Below, in pieces: positions 25,480 to 39,429 of a stretch of 64,000 nt of DNA (its first letter is position 1; every line of letters begins with the position of its first letter). A program made the translations under genes and the position numbers. The stretch is taken from assembly GCA_964016885.1 (NCBI GenBank), contig OZ024742.1:289850001-289914000 (forward strand), written 5' to 3'. Source of the DNA: Eledone cirrhosa (Eukaryota). Below the pieces are notes generated by a model. The model saw only the letters and a list, made by a program, of their open reading frames with translations, searched no databases and was not told where the DNA came from.

Positions 25480-27350
25480 CCAGGAACATATGATTTGTTA
25501 GCCCTGAGAGCCAACTTGTTCAACCTGTGTCGATAAAAATGAACCAGAAAAAAACTGGCTTTAATAATTATATTCAAACTTTCCCCGTGGACTTGAGTTT
25601 CTGTATACCTTGGATATATTGCTGGTTTTCATTCAAGAGAAAAATTGGGATAGTATTAGTGAGGTTCAGCAAAGAGTTAGTAATAGAAAACAACAGAGCA
25701 GAGAAAGAACAGATTAGTCATTTAGAAGAAGCACATAGAAGTGGCACCACAACTGACATGTTAGTGGTGAGAATGGCCCTCAACCATTTCTACAATTCAA
25801 GACATGAAGGATGTGTTGTCCAGTTTAGAGCATGTGCATTAAAGGGTGAAGCTGCATGAGTGGTTCACAGGGCCTGGATTGCAGAAGTACAATGTAGCTA
25901 CAATTCAATCTCGGATGGATTGTTGAAGGGGTATGAAATTTGACCCTAAGCAGATGTGTGCAATTTTTCAGCAGCACTTTGCTGAATTTTTTGAAAGGAA
26001 TGATAATCTGGAGATGAGAGACTTCAGCTCCTATCTCAATAGCCTGATGTGACTGACGCTGGAGGAGGCAAAGTGTTACAAAAACCGATCTCAGCAGATG
26101 AAGTGGCAGATGTGCTGAGCCAGTGTGTAAAGGACAAACCACCAGGATTGGATGATATACCCTATGACTTCTACTCCTACATGTCAGGCTTGTTTGCTAA
26201 AGTCTTTGCAGCTGTCTATTGCAGCTAGCAACATCTCAAGTCGTATAAGCTAGAGAGTAGCAACACTGTTAAGAAACAATCCGAACAAGGAGTCCCTGAT
26301 AGAAAATTTCAGGCCCATAACCCTGCTGAACATAGAGCTGAAGGTATTGGCAGAGAGGCTGGTTGTTGTCATTTGTTTTATAGTCAGAGATGTACAGACT
26401 TGTATAATCTCTGGCAAATCTATCCATGATAACCTCCACCTCATGAGATACATTGTGGAGTGGGTGGGAACTTGACCTGACTTTGATGGAGCACTGGTCA
26501 ATTTAGATCAGTCAAAAGCATTTGACAGGATAGACCATCCCTACCGGGAGGCTGCTCTAAGAGCATTCTACAGAAGAAGCTGTTCAGTGGTCAAATTAAA
26601 CAGCCACTTATCAAAACCTTTCTGTAGCGAATGGTTTTAGAGCCTCTGCTGTGGAAAATGGAAATCTTGAGAGGATTTCCACTAGAATCTAGCCACAAGA
26701 GAAAACATATGCAGATGATATCACTGTCATGGTGTCAGACACGTCAGATATAGAAGTAGTCGGCACCATACTGGAAGAATACCTGTAAGTTACTGGATTA
26801 TGCACAATCTGGAACAAATGGGTGGGTTTGAAATCCAACATGTGGTGAGGCAGGAACATGCCAGCCAGTAGAAATCTCTACTGTTGGATCAATGGCTTAG
26901 TCAGGGAACTTGCAGTCTGGTTTGGACTAGATCTCCAGGTAGACAGGAAATAAGAAGAGGTCAAAGTCAAAGGTAGCCAATTTCACTCAGAAATGAGCAG
27001 AGAGAAAGCTGTCCTTCAAAGTAAGGCAGAGGTGACAAGCACCTATATTGCCTTGGTGGTATAATACCACCTGTCTGTCATACCATGCCCGCCAAAACAT
27101 CTGACCAGATTAGAATGCATGATCTACTTTTTTTTTGTGGAAAAGACAAGTCTTTCTGGCCAGAAAATCCATCTGCTATCAACACACACTCCATGGTGGC
27201 CTTGCTATTGATGTGCAGACATGTGCTACAGCTTATGCACCCATGGAACTAATTCAAGCACAGCAATGACAATGGAAGTGAAACCTAACCAGTATGTGCG
27301 TCTTTCATTTCATCTGACATGTCTTCCTGCAGCTCGTCTCCCCGACTGAG
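25480..27350 (+). pseudogene. Old, heavily degraded Tx1/L1-like LINE reverse transcriptase
   Basis: PGLDDIPYDFY, NFRPITLLNIELKVLA, NLDQSKAFDRIDH, YADDITV with many stops and frameshifts. Confidence 0.85.
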
Positions 27351-27664
27351 TTAGTCAGGTATCAAGCAGGAGAGGACACTTTTAATACTCGTGAAATAAG
27401 TATTCCGGGGCTTTGTGTTAGGTTTCTCCCTGGGATTACCTTAAAGTGCAGCCCCCCCTCTCCTTTAGGAAAACGAACATCGTTTTGTGTGTGTGTGTGT
27501 GCATGTGTATAAATCTAGGACTACATTTCCCATTGTGCTTTAATCGTTTGCTACCAACTGCTCTGGGTTTCTAATGCAAAACTGTTTTTGAATGTTTAAA
27601 TTTATCTAAACACCTTCCATCATGATTTTTATATAAGAATATTTATTAAGTTACAAAGACCAGA

Positions 27665-27698
27665 TTAATAATTGTTTCAAATTTAGTCACAAGGCCAA

Positions 27699-27730
<32 letters not shown>

Positions 27731-27860
27731 GTAGTGGTAGGATGTGGAGTACTTCTTTTTATCGACATCGGAAGGATGAAAGGCAAAGTTGACCTCAACA
27801 GGATTTGAACTCAGAACGTAAAAAACCGTAACTAACGATTCAGCCAGTTAATCCTACCAA
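27665..27860 (-). mobile_element. Degraded tRNA-derived SINE (5720 family)
   Basis: GGATGAAAGGCAAAGTTGACCTC...GATTTGAACTCAG. Confidence 0.7.
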
Positions 27861-28927
27861 TTTCTTGATTATTTTGAAAATTATTCAAAAATCATAGGCA
27901 ATATTTTTTTACGAAATATGATAACGAAAATATTAGAGTGTTTATATTTATCTAAAAACCTTCCATCATGATTTTATATAAGAACATTTAAGTTATGTTC
28001 CAGTCCCCAACTTAATGAGAAAGTTATATATATTACGAACTAAATATGCCCCAAATTACTCGCAGTATATTTCACTAGAAATATGTAAACAAAAGGGCTT
28101 AAAAAAGGGACGACATGGTGTGATTTGAGTGAGATTTGTCTGTTATTTCTAACATGTCTAACGACTGTGCAGTGCTATAGTGGTTGGCTCGTTGAACGAG
28201 GAATGAAAACTACTGCCTTAGTTGTCTCCCTTTATCTATTGTATCAGTGCTGTTGCAGCGAGCATGCGCAGTAGTGTAGTGTCCTCATTGTCAGCGATGC
28301 AAGTTGTGAGTATTCACAAATAACTGGATATGGAGACGTAATAATACCTCCCTCTTAACTTTCTTTTACTTGATAAACAGACATTGATAAACCTTCCAGC
28401 AACTGGTCTTGTCTGTCTGCCTGTGTGTGTATATATACATACATATATATTGTCGTCGCAGTATTCCAGGTTAGTGATTTCATTAACACTCACACACAAC
28501 AAACTGTTTGATTTATTTCTAGTGCGATCAGTTCTGTTGCATCACTTAATATTGCTGGTTCTGCTTGTTTATGATTGTTTGTGGTCTTGCTCTGTGGTAG
28601 TTGGGCAATGCATAAGCACTAAAGTCCCTCAGACCAACGAGAAGATGGTCAGTCGTCATCATTAGATGTTACGGTCTAGAATAAGGTAAGCAGTGTATAC
28701 GTATATATGAATCGATATGTCTAACTCTTGTTTCTAAATATATACATGTATATATATATGTGTGTGTGTGAATTAACACATTTTTAGTGTCGGTGACGAT
28801 CAGTTGGGTAATGTACTGGTACTAAAACACCCTCAGATCAGCAAGAAGTTGGGTCAGTCATCATTAAATGCTGCGGACGAGAATATAACGGCAGTGTTTG
28901 TTGTACAATTTTCTGAACCTCTCTCTC

Positions 28928-28962
<35 letters not shown>

Positions 28963-29431
28963 AATGATGAATCAAAACATCAAATATGTTTAGAATTTTG
29001 TTTCTCAATAAGTAAGCTCAATATATATATATATATATATATTTCATTGCATATATATATATATTGCATTGCATATATATATATTGCATTGCATATATAT
29101 ATATATATTGCATTGCCTATACATATATACGCACATATATATATATATTTATATTTATATATATATATGTATATATATATACACGTGTGTGTGTGAGGGT
29201 GTTTGTACACATTAACAGATCTTTAGTGTTCGTGTGTGGTGAGTTAGGAAAATACAGGAACTAAAACTCCCACAAACCAAGGAATTGGCCAGTGATCATC
29301 ATTAGATACTACGGACAATAATAAGCAAGCAGTGTGTATGTACGACTTTCTCTCTTACTTCACTTTCACTGTTTCTTTCTCTAGATATATATACATACAT
29401 ATATGCATGTATGTATGGATATCTCTACATA

Positions 29432-29482
<51 letters not shown>

Positions 29483-29769
29483 TAGCATATTTTGTATACT
29501 GGAGAAGATATTGGTACTGGCTGATTCCAAATTCAGGGATCACGCCATAATTTCTAATTGTTTGATAATTTCAATATTTCTTTTATGTATTTCATTTATT
29601 TTTTCCTTATTTTAATATTTTACTTTATAAAGGTGGCAAGACATTCTTTGAGAAGAAATTACAGAAATTTTTTTAATCCTTTGTTAAAATTCTGTTCTAT
29701 TGTGGAATCAATTAGTTTAAAAATATACAATTTATCCACATTTTCAGTTTGACATTTGTCTGATATCGC

Positions 29770-29965
29770 GAGGGCGGTGGATTGGTAGAATCGTTAAAAC
29801 GTCGGACGAAATACCTTGCTGTATTTATTGCAGTCTACCTTTTTTTGTTCAAATCCCTTCGAACTCAACTTTACTTTTCATCCTTCCAGGGGTTGATAAA
29901 ATACTGGAGGTGTTAAGCCCCTTTCAAATATTGTTGGCCTTGTGCCTAAATTAAAAACCATTATC
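29770..29965 (+). mobile_element. Degraded tRNA-derived SINE
   Basis: GGCGGTGGATTGGTAGAATCG head, GTTCAAATCC, TTTTCATCCTT...GATAAAATA. Confidence 0.7.
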
Positions 29966-30005
29966 TGATATCTTTTAACGAAAAGATCATTTTTTTTCAA
30001 ATAAC

Positions 30006-30086
<81 letters not shown>

Positions 30087-30344
30087 CACACGCTGTATTC
30101 CTTGCCAACAAGGGATGGACGGGTCCTCAAAGGCCATGTCAGTATTCTAGTGGATCTACTGACCTTTCAGATGGGTTGGAGTCTAGCGGTTTGTTTATTT
30201 ACATCCCTACATTCTACTGAGTCCTGAGATGATTCAGGGCCCGGCATATCACTTAAATGTACGTCCCCACACTCTGCCGTCTGCTTTTTATCGCGGCACT
30301 AGCACCAGGAAGGTTGTCATGTGTTTGACACAATTGAAGAGGAT

Positions 30345-31345
30345 ATTATCATCATTATTTTATCTATGTTTTTCCCTGCTTGCAAGATTTGGATGGGTCT
30401 TTTCCAGCATCCTTTGCGGTCCTTCGTCAATCAGACTGTGAGATTCAATGATTTGAGATCAACTCTTACAACATCTGCTCACATCTTCTTTGGCCTCCCT
30501 CTACTGTAGCTCCCCTCCTCTGGGATTTTTTGGCACTTCTTCACCCAACGATTGTCATCCATATGCATCACATGACCATATCAATGCAGTCTCCTCTAAC
30601 TGCACACTACATCTGATTCCTCTTGTATCCAGCTTTTCTCACATTGCACATCCTACCAGAGCATGCTCATGGCATTTCTTTCTAGCCTCTGCATATCCTT
30701 TGCATCTATTATCTATATCTTGCTACTGTGCAACATCACACTTCGTACACAGGCATCGATCAACTGGTCATTCTATTGTAGAGGAACTTTTTGTTGTCAA
30801 CAGGGGTAGTAGCTCCCTAAAATTTTTCCATCTTGTTCTTACTCTCGCTACTATGCCTTTGGTACAACCTCCTCTCCAAATAATTTGATCACCTATAATA
30901 ACAGAAGCTGTCAACTACTTCTATGGAGTTTTCCTAGGATTGGAAAACTTTTATTACTTTTACTACTAACTATCCTTGTGCAATTACCACATACAAACTT
31001 TACCTTTTTCTATTAGTCAGCCTGCTATCCCACTACACCTCTTGTGTATTCAATATTTACATTGTGTATATCCCTTTCTACATATTGAGCAAGGCCACTT
31101 TCCTGATGGGATCAGGGTCCTGTCTTCATTCCTGCTTTCCAAAACTTTGGTCTTACCCAAATTTACTTTAAGCACTTTTGACTCTGTGTTTCCATAGCCA
31201 GAATTTCTTCTCTATCATTGATTGGGCTATAATAACCAGGTTGTTGGTATATGGAAGTTCCCATAGACAACCCTACTTAAACTCCTCTGTTATGGCCTGG
31301 AGAAGTATAACAAGCAGCAGTGGACTGAAGACAGCCCCGATGAAC
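30345..31345 (-). pseudogene. Degraded RTE LINE 3' portion
   Basis: Colinear with 39970-41040 (LSPLL, ITEEFK, SGKWPCSIC, RRLHWYGHV-like) with indels. Confidence 0.8.
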
Positions 31346-32854
31346 ACATACATGCTCTTATATATATCATCATTGTCACCATCATTTAACATCCACTTTC
31401 CTTGCTAGCAAAGGTCGGATAGGTCTTCACCGACCAAATCTATACTGAAGTGGGGCCTCTGACCTCCCAGACAGGCTGGGGGCTCGTGTCTTGCTTACAT
31501 ACAGTTCCATATTCTACCAAGTGCATTTTATTGTGGAACAAGCACTAGAGAGGCTGTCATGTCTTTGACACAACTGCAGGGTCCTCTCAAACTTTTGTTT
31601 TGCAAGCTTTCTATGACTCCTAATCCTTTGTTTGGCAAGCTTTCCATGGCTGGATAACCTTTCTCTCACCAACCACTTTATGGAGTGTACTGGGTGCATT
31701 TCTCATGTAGATCACCAACACTTGTGAGGTTGTGTCTTTGACACAACTGAAAGATTCTCTCAACCCTTTTAGGCATGGTTTCTATAGCGGGGTGCCCTTT
31801 CTGTTGCCAACTACCCTAGTGATTTGGCAGGGCAATAAATATGAGGTAGGGGGGGCTGATTAGTGTATGGGGAGAGGGGTGTAATGTTGTGGAGGATGTG
31901 ATCGTTTAATGTCTATTTACTGTGCTAGCATGGGTTAGATGGGTTGTCTCATTTGAGGGAAGTTGGGTCATCCTCATACAGAACTGATTTTGGCTTGGAT
32001 GTCTTTCCTAACGCCAACCACATTTACAGTGTGTACTAGGTGCTTCTCATTGTGATACCTACACAACCATTTTAAAGTGTGAACTGGTGCTTTTTGCTGT
32101 GATACCTACACGACCACTTTATAGTGTGGACTGGTCCTTTTTGTTGTGATACCTACACCACCACTTTACAATGTGGATAGGGCACGTTTTGTCATGACCA
32201 GTCAGCCTAAAACAAGATAGGAAAGCTAAAAATAAGCAATCCCTAAAAAAATTACTGAAATATCATCTCACCCAAACACTGTGTGCAGATACTGTCCAAC
32301 GAAAATTCCAGTGTGCTGCTTATAGAAATGGCTCTGTGATGAGTGCACATTCCTCCATGCGGAATCAGTCCAAGTCTGGGATGGATTTATAATATCAAGA
32401 TAAATAATATGGAGTTGCATAACTACTACCGATTAGTCACTATATAGATTTATCCTGATCAATCAGCCATCTGAAATGATTGTAAAACAATAAATTAATT
32501 AAGCACTTAACTTCACCTTTTGTTTTCATTGTTCAACATATATATATATGACTCTGTAACTCGTTTCAATGTTCGATAAAATCCAATATAATAAAAGCCT
32601 ACTAGAAAAATAAAAACTCTCATCAGCTGTTATTGACCTTACTGTAGACAGGTAGATACCAATATATATATATATATACGAGTCCTGGGTTCAGTCAGGG
32701 TTAACCACAGTAAGGTACTCAATACATTATTAGTAGAGTGTATGCAACACAATTTAATATAAGAATGATTTCTACAGGACTAGAACTGTTTCATTCGAAT
32801 GAAACAGTTTTAGTCCTATAGAAGCTATTTCTATATTAAATTTTATTATATATA

Positions 32855-33210
32855 TCATTTCATCATCATCATTTCATTTTACGTCCACTTTTTCCCTGCT
32901 TGCAAGGGTGGGACGGGAACTGATTTTGGCTTGATTTCTACAGCTGGATGCCCTTCCTAACACCAACCTCATTTACAGTGAGTGCTGGGTGCTTTTTTGC
33001 CGTGGCACATCCATGACCACTTTACAGTGTGGGCTGGGTGCTTTTTTGCCGTGGCACCTCCACGACCATTTCTACAGCTGAGTAAACTGGAGCAATGTGA
33101 AATAAAGTGTCTTGCTCAAAGAAACAACACATCACCTGGTTTGAGAATTGAACTCACAACCTTTCGATTGCAAGGCCAATGCTCTAACCACTAAGCCTTG
33201 TGCCTCCATA
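32855..33210 (-). mobile_element. tRNA/CORE SINE with RTE tail
   Basis: Same family as 21088-21422. Confidence 0.9.
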
Positions 33211-33339
33211 TTTGGGGGTAGTTGAAGAACTAACCAATCAAATTGTTTTTTTCCATATGATGTTAAGATGAAAAGTAATTCACTTTAGTTGAGGTCATGA
33301 CCCTTTGAAAGGAATGGTTGAATGGTGTTTATGTATCTG

Positions 33340-33436
<97 letters not shown>

Positions 33437-33481
33437 ATTTTAAATAAATGGAAACTATATTTATAAAACCATATTTATTCT

Positions 33482-33533
33482 ATTATATATATTTCAAGGG
33501 TACCAAAAATGTTGGTTCGCTATCATCAGATAA
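33482..33533 (-). ncRNA. Hammerhead-like motif of the 17281 family
   Basis: ttat-CTGATGA-...ACCAA/TTGGT...-GAAA-TATA-TA; downstream 40 nt match 17338-17371. Confidence 0.6.
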
Positions 33534-33631
33534 AATACAAAATGTATTATAAATATTTGACATGAACAAGGATAACATACCTTAACGGTTCAAGTTATCC
33601 CTGGAAAGTATTTGTATATATCAACATAGAC

Positions 33632-36352
33632 TGATAATTAGCGACCTCATAGTCAGGACGAGACGTACTCGACAACAGAAGAGGACTATCCTCAGGAGGA
33701 AAATATGGAAGCTAAAGGACCCCACAGCCAGGAATAAATTTCAAAGCATATTACTTGATGCTTTCGACAGTAAGGAAGAACATTTAGAGTCGGACAATAT
33801 AGAGGGAGAGTGGGAATTTCTGAAAGCAAACCTGCTGTTGGCTACAGACGAGGTCTGTGGCTGGAGCAGGCCTGTAGGCAGGAGGAGAGTAACATGGTGG
33901 TGGAACAGTAAGGTGGAGGGGTCAATTAAGGCCAAAAAGCAGGCTTGGAAAGTATGGCGGGATGGGGGAAGTAGAGAGGACTATCAAGTGGCCAGGAGGG
34001 AAGCTAGGAGACAAGTGTACTTAGCAAGAAGGGAAGCTGAGGAAAGAAAGTTCAAGCATGTTCTACAACGCGATGACCAAAAACGTGAGGTGTTCAGGAT
34101 TGCTAGGCAATGCGTCAAGGAAAACCGTGATATTGTCGGGGAGAAGTGTGTACTAAACGACGATGGCACACTTGCCATCACCGACGCTGATAAGAAGGTA
34201 GCTTGGAAGTGTCACTATGAAAGGCTACTAAATGAGGAGAATAATTGGGAGAAAGGCAGTCTCCCCCATATCGACCCAATAGAGGGACCAGCAGTGTTAG
34301 TCGAGGGGAGTATAATAAGTAAGGCAATCAAGGATATGAAGACGGGTAAGGCGGCTGGGCCTTCGGAAATAGTTGCTGAGATGCTGAAGGCATCTGGCAC
34401 GGTGGGACACACCATGGTCACCCGCATAGTTAACCAAGTCGTACAGAATGGGGTTGTTCCGAAGGACTGGCATAGCAGCATCATCGTTAACTGTTATAAG
34501 GGTAAAGGAGACGCCCTAGATAGGAGTAACTATAGAGGCATTAAATTAATCGACCAGGTCATGAAGGTCACGGAAAAAGTAATAGCGCAACTAATCAGAG
34601 AGAGAATTGACCTAGATGAAATGCAGTTCGGGTTTGTGTCAGGCAAAAGTACCACAGACGCTCTTTTCATAGTACGACAACTACAGGAGAAGTACCTAGC
34701 TAAAGGTAAACCCCTCTACTTAGCTTTTGTCGACTTGGAGAAAGCCTTCGACAGAGTCCCCCGCTCCATTATCTGGTGGGCTCTTAGAAAACTAGGCGTT
34801 GACGAATGGCTTGTGAGGGCTATACAAGCCATGTATAAAGAAACAGTCAGCAAGGTTAGAATTAACAACGAATATAGTGAAGAGTTTAGCGTAAAAGTTG
34901 GCGTCCATCAGGGCTCTGTTCTCAGCCCACTACTATTTATTATTGCCCTTCAGGCTATAACAGAGGAGTTCAAGACAGGCTGCCCATGGGAACTCCTATA
35001 CGCAGACGACCTGACACTCATAGCGGAATCAATGGCCGAGCTAGAGAAGAAATTCCAAACATGGAAGCACGGCCTAGAGTCAAAAGGACTTAAAATTAAC
35101 CTGGCTAAGACCAAAGTACTAGTTTGTAGGAAAGAAAACAAGGCGGCGGTCCCTTCTGGGAAATGGTCGTGCTCGGTGTGTAGGAAAGGCGTAGGTAGAA
35201 ACTCCATTTTATGTCCTAAATGCAAAGTATGGGTGCATAAAAGATGTAGTGGGATCACAGGTAAGCTAACTAAGAACATAGATTTTACATGTGGCCGGTG
35301 CTCTGGTGCAATAAGTAGCAGCAAGTGCCCACAAACTACTAGCTCTTTCAATTGCGCAGAGGGTTCTATAGAAATAGTGGACAGCTTCCGTTACCTGGGC
35401 GATAAAATCAGCAGTGGGGGAGGGTGCTCTGAAAGTACTGTAGCTAGAGTCAGAACTGGTTGGAAAAAGTTCAGAGAGCTTATACCACTATTAGCTGCTA
35501 AAGGGTTCTCACTAAAAATGAAAGGCAGGTTGTACGATGCCTGCATACGAACAGCAATGCTGCATGGCAGTGAGACCTGGGCATTGTGTGCAGAGGATAT
35601 ACGCAGACTAGAGAGGAACGAAGCTTGCATGCTCCGCTGGATGTGTAACAGTAATATACGTGAACGGCAAAGCATAAACGAACTAAGGAAAAAATTAGAG
35701 ATAAGAGGGATCAGATGTTGTTTACTCGAGAGAAGGCTACGTTGGTATGGACACGTGATGCGCATGAAAGTCGATAGCTGTATAACAAAGTGCAGGGCAA
35801 TAAAGATAGACGGTAGTCACGGAATAGGCAGACCTAGAAAAACCTGGGACGAGCTGATAAACTCCGACATCACACACTTGCACCTCTCCAAGACAATGTC
35901 ACTGGACCGAGACCTTTGGCGGTACTCAGTAACAGAGAAGACCCGCCTTACCTAAATATATAGTAAAACCTACTCCAGCCAGTAGGCATCTCTAACAAAA
36001 TACACCCCGTCCCACACCCCCGCCCCCACCCCATCCACACCACCCCGTTCTATGTAAAGTTATGTTGGTGCCGCGCCATCGAGGCCGAAACAAATGAGAT
36101 CGTGTAGGTGTCACGACAAAAAAACACACAGTCCACGCTGTAATGTGGCCGTGTAGGCAACACGGTAAAAACCTCCCAGACCCACACTGTAAATGTGGTT
36201 GGTGTTAGGAAGGGCATCCAACTGTAGAAAACCTGCCAGACAGTCCTATGCGAGCAAGACAATCACTCTTGCCTCAAGTGGGACTACCCCCGTCCAAACC
36301 CATGCAAGCGTGGAACACGGACGTTAAACGTTGATGATGATGATGATGATGA
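33632..36352 (+). mobile_element. 5'-truncated RTE family A LINE with intact RT ORF (33838-35955)
   Basis: 705 codons: [36 protein letters not shown]-like finger, RRLRWYGHV; (GAT)n tail. Confidence 0.96.
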
Positions 36353-36359
36353 TATATAT

Positions 36360-36790
36360 ATCATCATCATCACCGTTTTACGTCCGTTCTTCCACGCTAG
36401 CATGGGTTAGACAGGTTGTCCTGTTGTGGGCAGTGTCTGGTCGGCTGACCATGCCTTGCTCATACAGGAACTGATTTGGCTTGATTTCTACAGCTGGATG
36501 CCCTTCCTAACACCAACCTCATTTACAGTGAGTGCTGGGTGCTTTTTCGTGGCGCCTACACGTCCACTTTACAGTGTGGGCTGGGTGCTTTTTTGCTGTG
36601 GCACCTCCACGACTACCTTGCAGTGGGGGGTGTGGGGGCATATTGTCTATATGCTTCAGCTTGTACCCATGGGAGGTCGGGTACTCTGTATTACTGCGTG
36701 ACGCCAGAGGTCACGGTCATGTGTCATTGCCTTTGAGAGGTGTAATTGGGTAAGGTCGGCTTTTATCACCTCATCCCAGGTCTTCTTGGG
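36360..36790 (-). mobile_element. RTE family B 3' fragment
   Basis: Reverse complement of about 59000-59450. Confidence 0.9.
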
Positions 36791-36978
36791 TCTCCCCACT
36801 CCGCGGTTTCCAATCGACTTCTAGTGTTCTATATATACACATATGTATATATCATCATCATCATTTTACGTCCGCTTTTCCCTGCTTGCAAGGGTAGGAC
36901 ATATGTGCATATATATATATACATATATATGTGTATATATGTATATACATATATATATATACACACATATATATACAT

Positions 36979-37044
<66 letters not shown>

Positions 37045-37066
37045 ATATATGTATATGTATATATGT

Positions 37067-37405
37067 ATCATCATCATCATCATTTTACGTCCACTTTTCC
37101 CTGCTTGCAAGGGTGGGACGGGAACTGATTCTGGCTTGATTGCTACAGCTTGATGCCCTTCCTAACACCAACCTCATTTACAGTGAGTGCTGGGTGCTTT
37201 TTTGCCGTGGTACCTCCAGAACCACTTTGCAGTGGAATGATAGGGACCCCAGTCCCTATCATCTCATTTCTACAGCTGAGTAAACTGGAGCAATGTGAAA
37301 TAAAGAGCCTTGCTCAAGGAAACAACACATCACCCGGTCTGAGAATTGAACTCACAACCTTTCGATTGCAAGGCCAATGCTCTAACCACTAAGCCATGTG
37401 CCTCC
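37067..37405 (-). mobile_element. tRNA/CORE SINE with RTE tail
   Basis: Near-identical to 21088-21422. Confidence 0.9.
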
Positions 37406-37414
37406 ATGTATATG

Positions 37415-37445
<31 letters not shown>

Positions 37446-37845
37446 GTGTATATATATATATGTGTATATATATGTATATATGAATATGTATATATGTATA
37501 TGGAATAGAATGAAACAAAATTTCATTTCTCACTCTTAGTACGGCACTTACTTTGTTTGTTTACAAACAAACAAACCGAGCATTATAATAAATGTTCGGT
37601 AAACCGATACGTGCATATATATATGTGTGCATGTATGTATATATATACATACTACTGTACGTCTGTATACATATATGTATATACGTATACATACATACAT
37701 ACTTGTATGTATGTATGTATGTATGTATGTATGTATATTATGTCAGCGCATCAGTAGGGGTTCTACATGGATATAAAGTAGTGGCCGTACTCGAAAACGA
37801 GTTGGCCTCCACCATGTATATATGTATGTATATATGTATATATAT

Positions 37846-39429
37846 GGAACAATAAGGTAGATGAAGCAGTCAAGGCCAAGAGACAGGCATGGAAAGAATG
37901 GAAGAACGGGGGGAGCAGGGTACATTACATAGAGACCAAGAGGGAAGCTAGGCGACAAGTATACTTAGCTAGGAGGGAAGCAGAGGATAGAAAATTCAAG
38001 CATGTTTTACAACATGAGGACCAGAAACAGGAGGTGTTCAAGATTGCGAGGCAGTGTGTCAGAGATAGTTGTGATGTCATTGGAGAGAAGTGTATCCGGA
38101 ATGATAAAGGTGAGCTTGCCCTCACAAGTGCTGAGAAGAAAGATGCATGGAAGAGTCATTATGATAGATTACTAAATGAGGAGAATGCATGGGAAGAAGA
38201 GACCCTACCCCACGTAGACCCTATAGAGGGACCAGCAGTACAAGTCAGCGGCAGCGTAGTAAGTAAGGCAATCAGAGATATGAAGATAGGGAAGGCAACC
38301 GGTCCATCGGGTATAGCTGCCGAGATGCTGAAGGCATCTGGGTCTGTAGGTCACACTATAACCACACGTATCGTTAACCAGGTAATACTAGAGGGGGCCA
38401 TACCAAAAGATTGGTGCAGTAGCATCATTGTCAACTGCTACAAAGGTAAAGGCGATGCACTAGATAGAGGAAACTATAGAGGTATAAAGTTGATGGACCA
38501 GGTCATGAAAGTAACAGAAAGAGTTATAGCACAGCTGATTAGGGACCGGGTGAATATAGACGAGATGCAATTTGGGTTTGTACCAGGGAAAGGCACCACT
38601 GATGCCCTCTTCCTTGTGAGGCAATTACAGGAAAAGTACCTAGCTAAAAGTAAGCCACTCTACTTGGCATTTGTCGACCTTGAGAAAGCCTTTGACAGAG
38701 TTCCACGTGCAGTAATCTGGTGGGCTCTTAGAAAACTAGGAGTAGATGAATGGCTTGTGAAAGCGGTACAAGCCATGTATAGGGGAGCAGTCAGCAAAGT
38801 TAGGATTGGCAATGAGTATAGCGAGGAATTTAGCGTACAGGTTGGGGTCCACCAGGGCTCTGTTCTTAGCCCTCTCCTGTTCATCATAGTCCTGCAGGCA
38901 ATAACGGAGGAGTTTAAGACCGGATGCCCATGGGAACTCCTGTATGCTGATGACCTCGCACTCATAGCTGAATCTATGGTAGAACTAGAGAATAAATTCC
39001 AAACCTGGAAGCAGGGACTAGAGAGAAAGGGCCTCAAAGTCAACATGACAAAGACTAAGGTCCTTATAAGTAGACGAGAAAACAGAACCCAGATCCCCTC
39101 AGGGAAGTGGCCTTGCTCAGTATGTAGGAAAGGTGTAGGTAGGAACTCCATTCTATGCCCCAAATGCAAACAATGGGTACACAAGAGATGTAGCGGGATC
39201 TCAGGAAGCTTAATTAAGAATGTAGGATTCACATGCAGCAGCTGTGCTGAAACAGCAAGCAAACAGCCACAGGAAACAAGTACCACCAATCTCTGGGAGG
39301 GCCCTGTAGAAACAGTAGACAGCTTCTGCTACCTAGGTGACCGAATTAGCAACGGAGGTGGGTGCTCAGAAAGTACAATAACTAGGGTAAGAACGGGATG
39401 GAAGAAGTTTAGGGAACTACTACCACTCT
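37846..39429 (+). mobile_element. RTE family B LINE internal fragment, 3' end replaced
   Basis: ORF 38034-39431 with RT core; near-identical to 57675-58675. Confidence 0.93.

Noticed and set aside
32010-32195. Regularly spaced 35 bp repeats resembling a CRISPR array
   Set aside because: Tandem units of the RTE/SINE 3' UTR with no unique spacers; eukaryotic context, no cas genes
32336-32474. Possible C/D box snoRNA (GTGATGA ... CTGA)
   Set aside because: No terminal stem outside the boxes and no recognisable guide; motifs occur by chance
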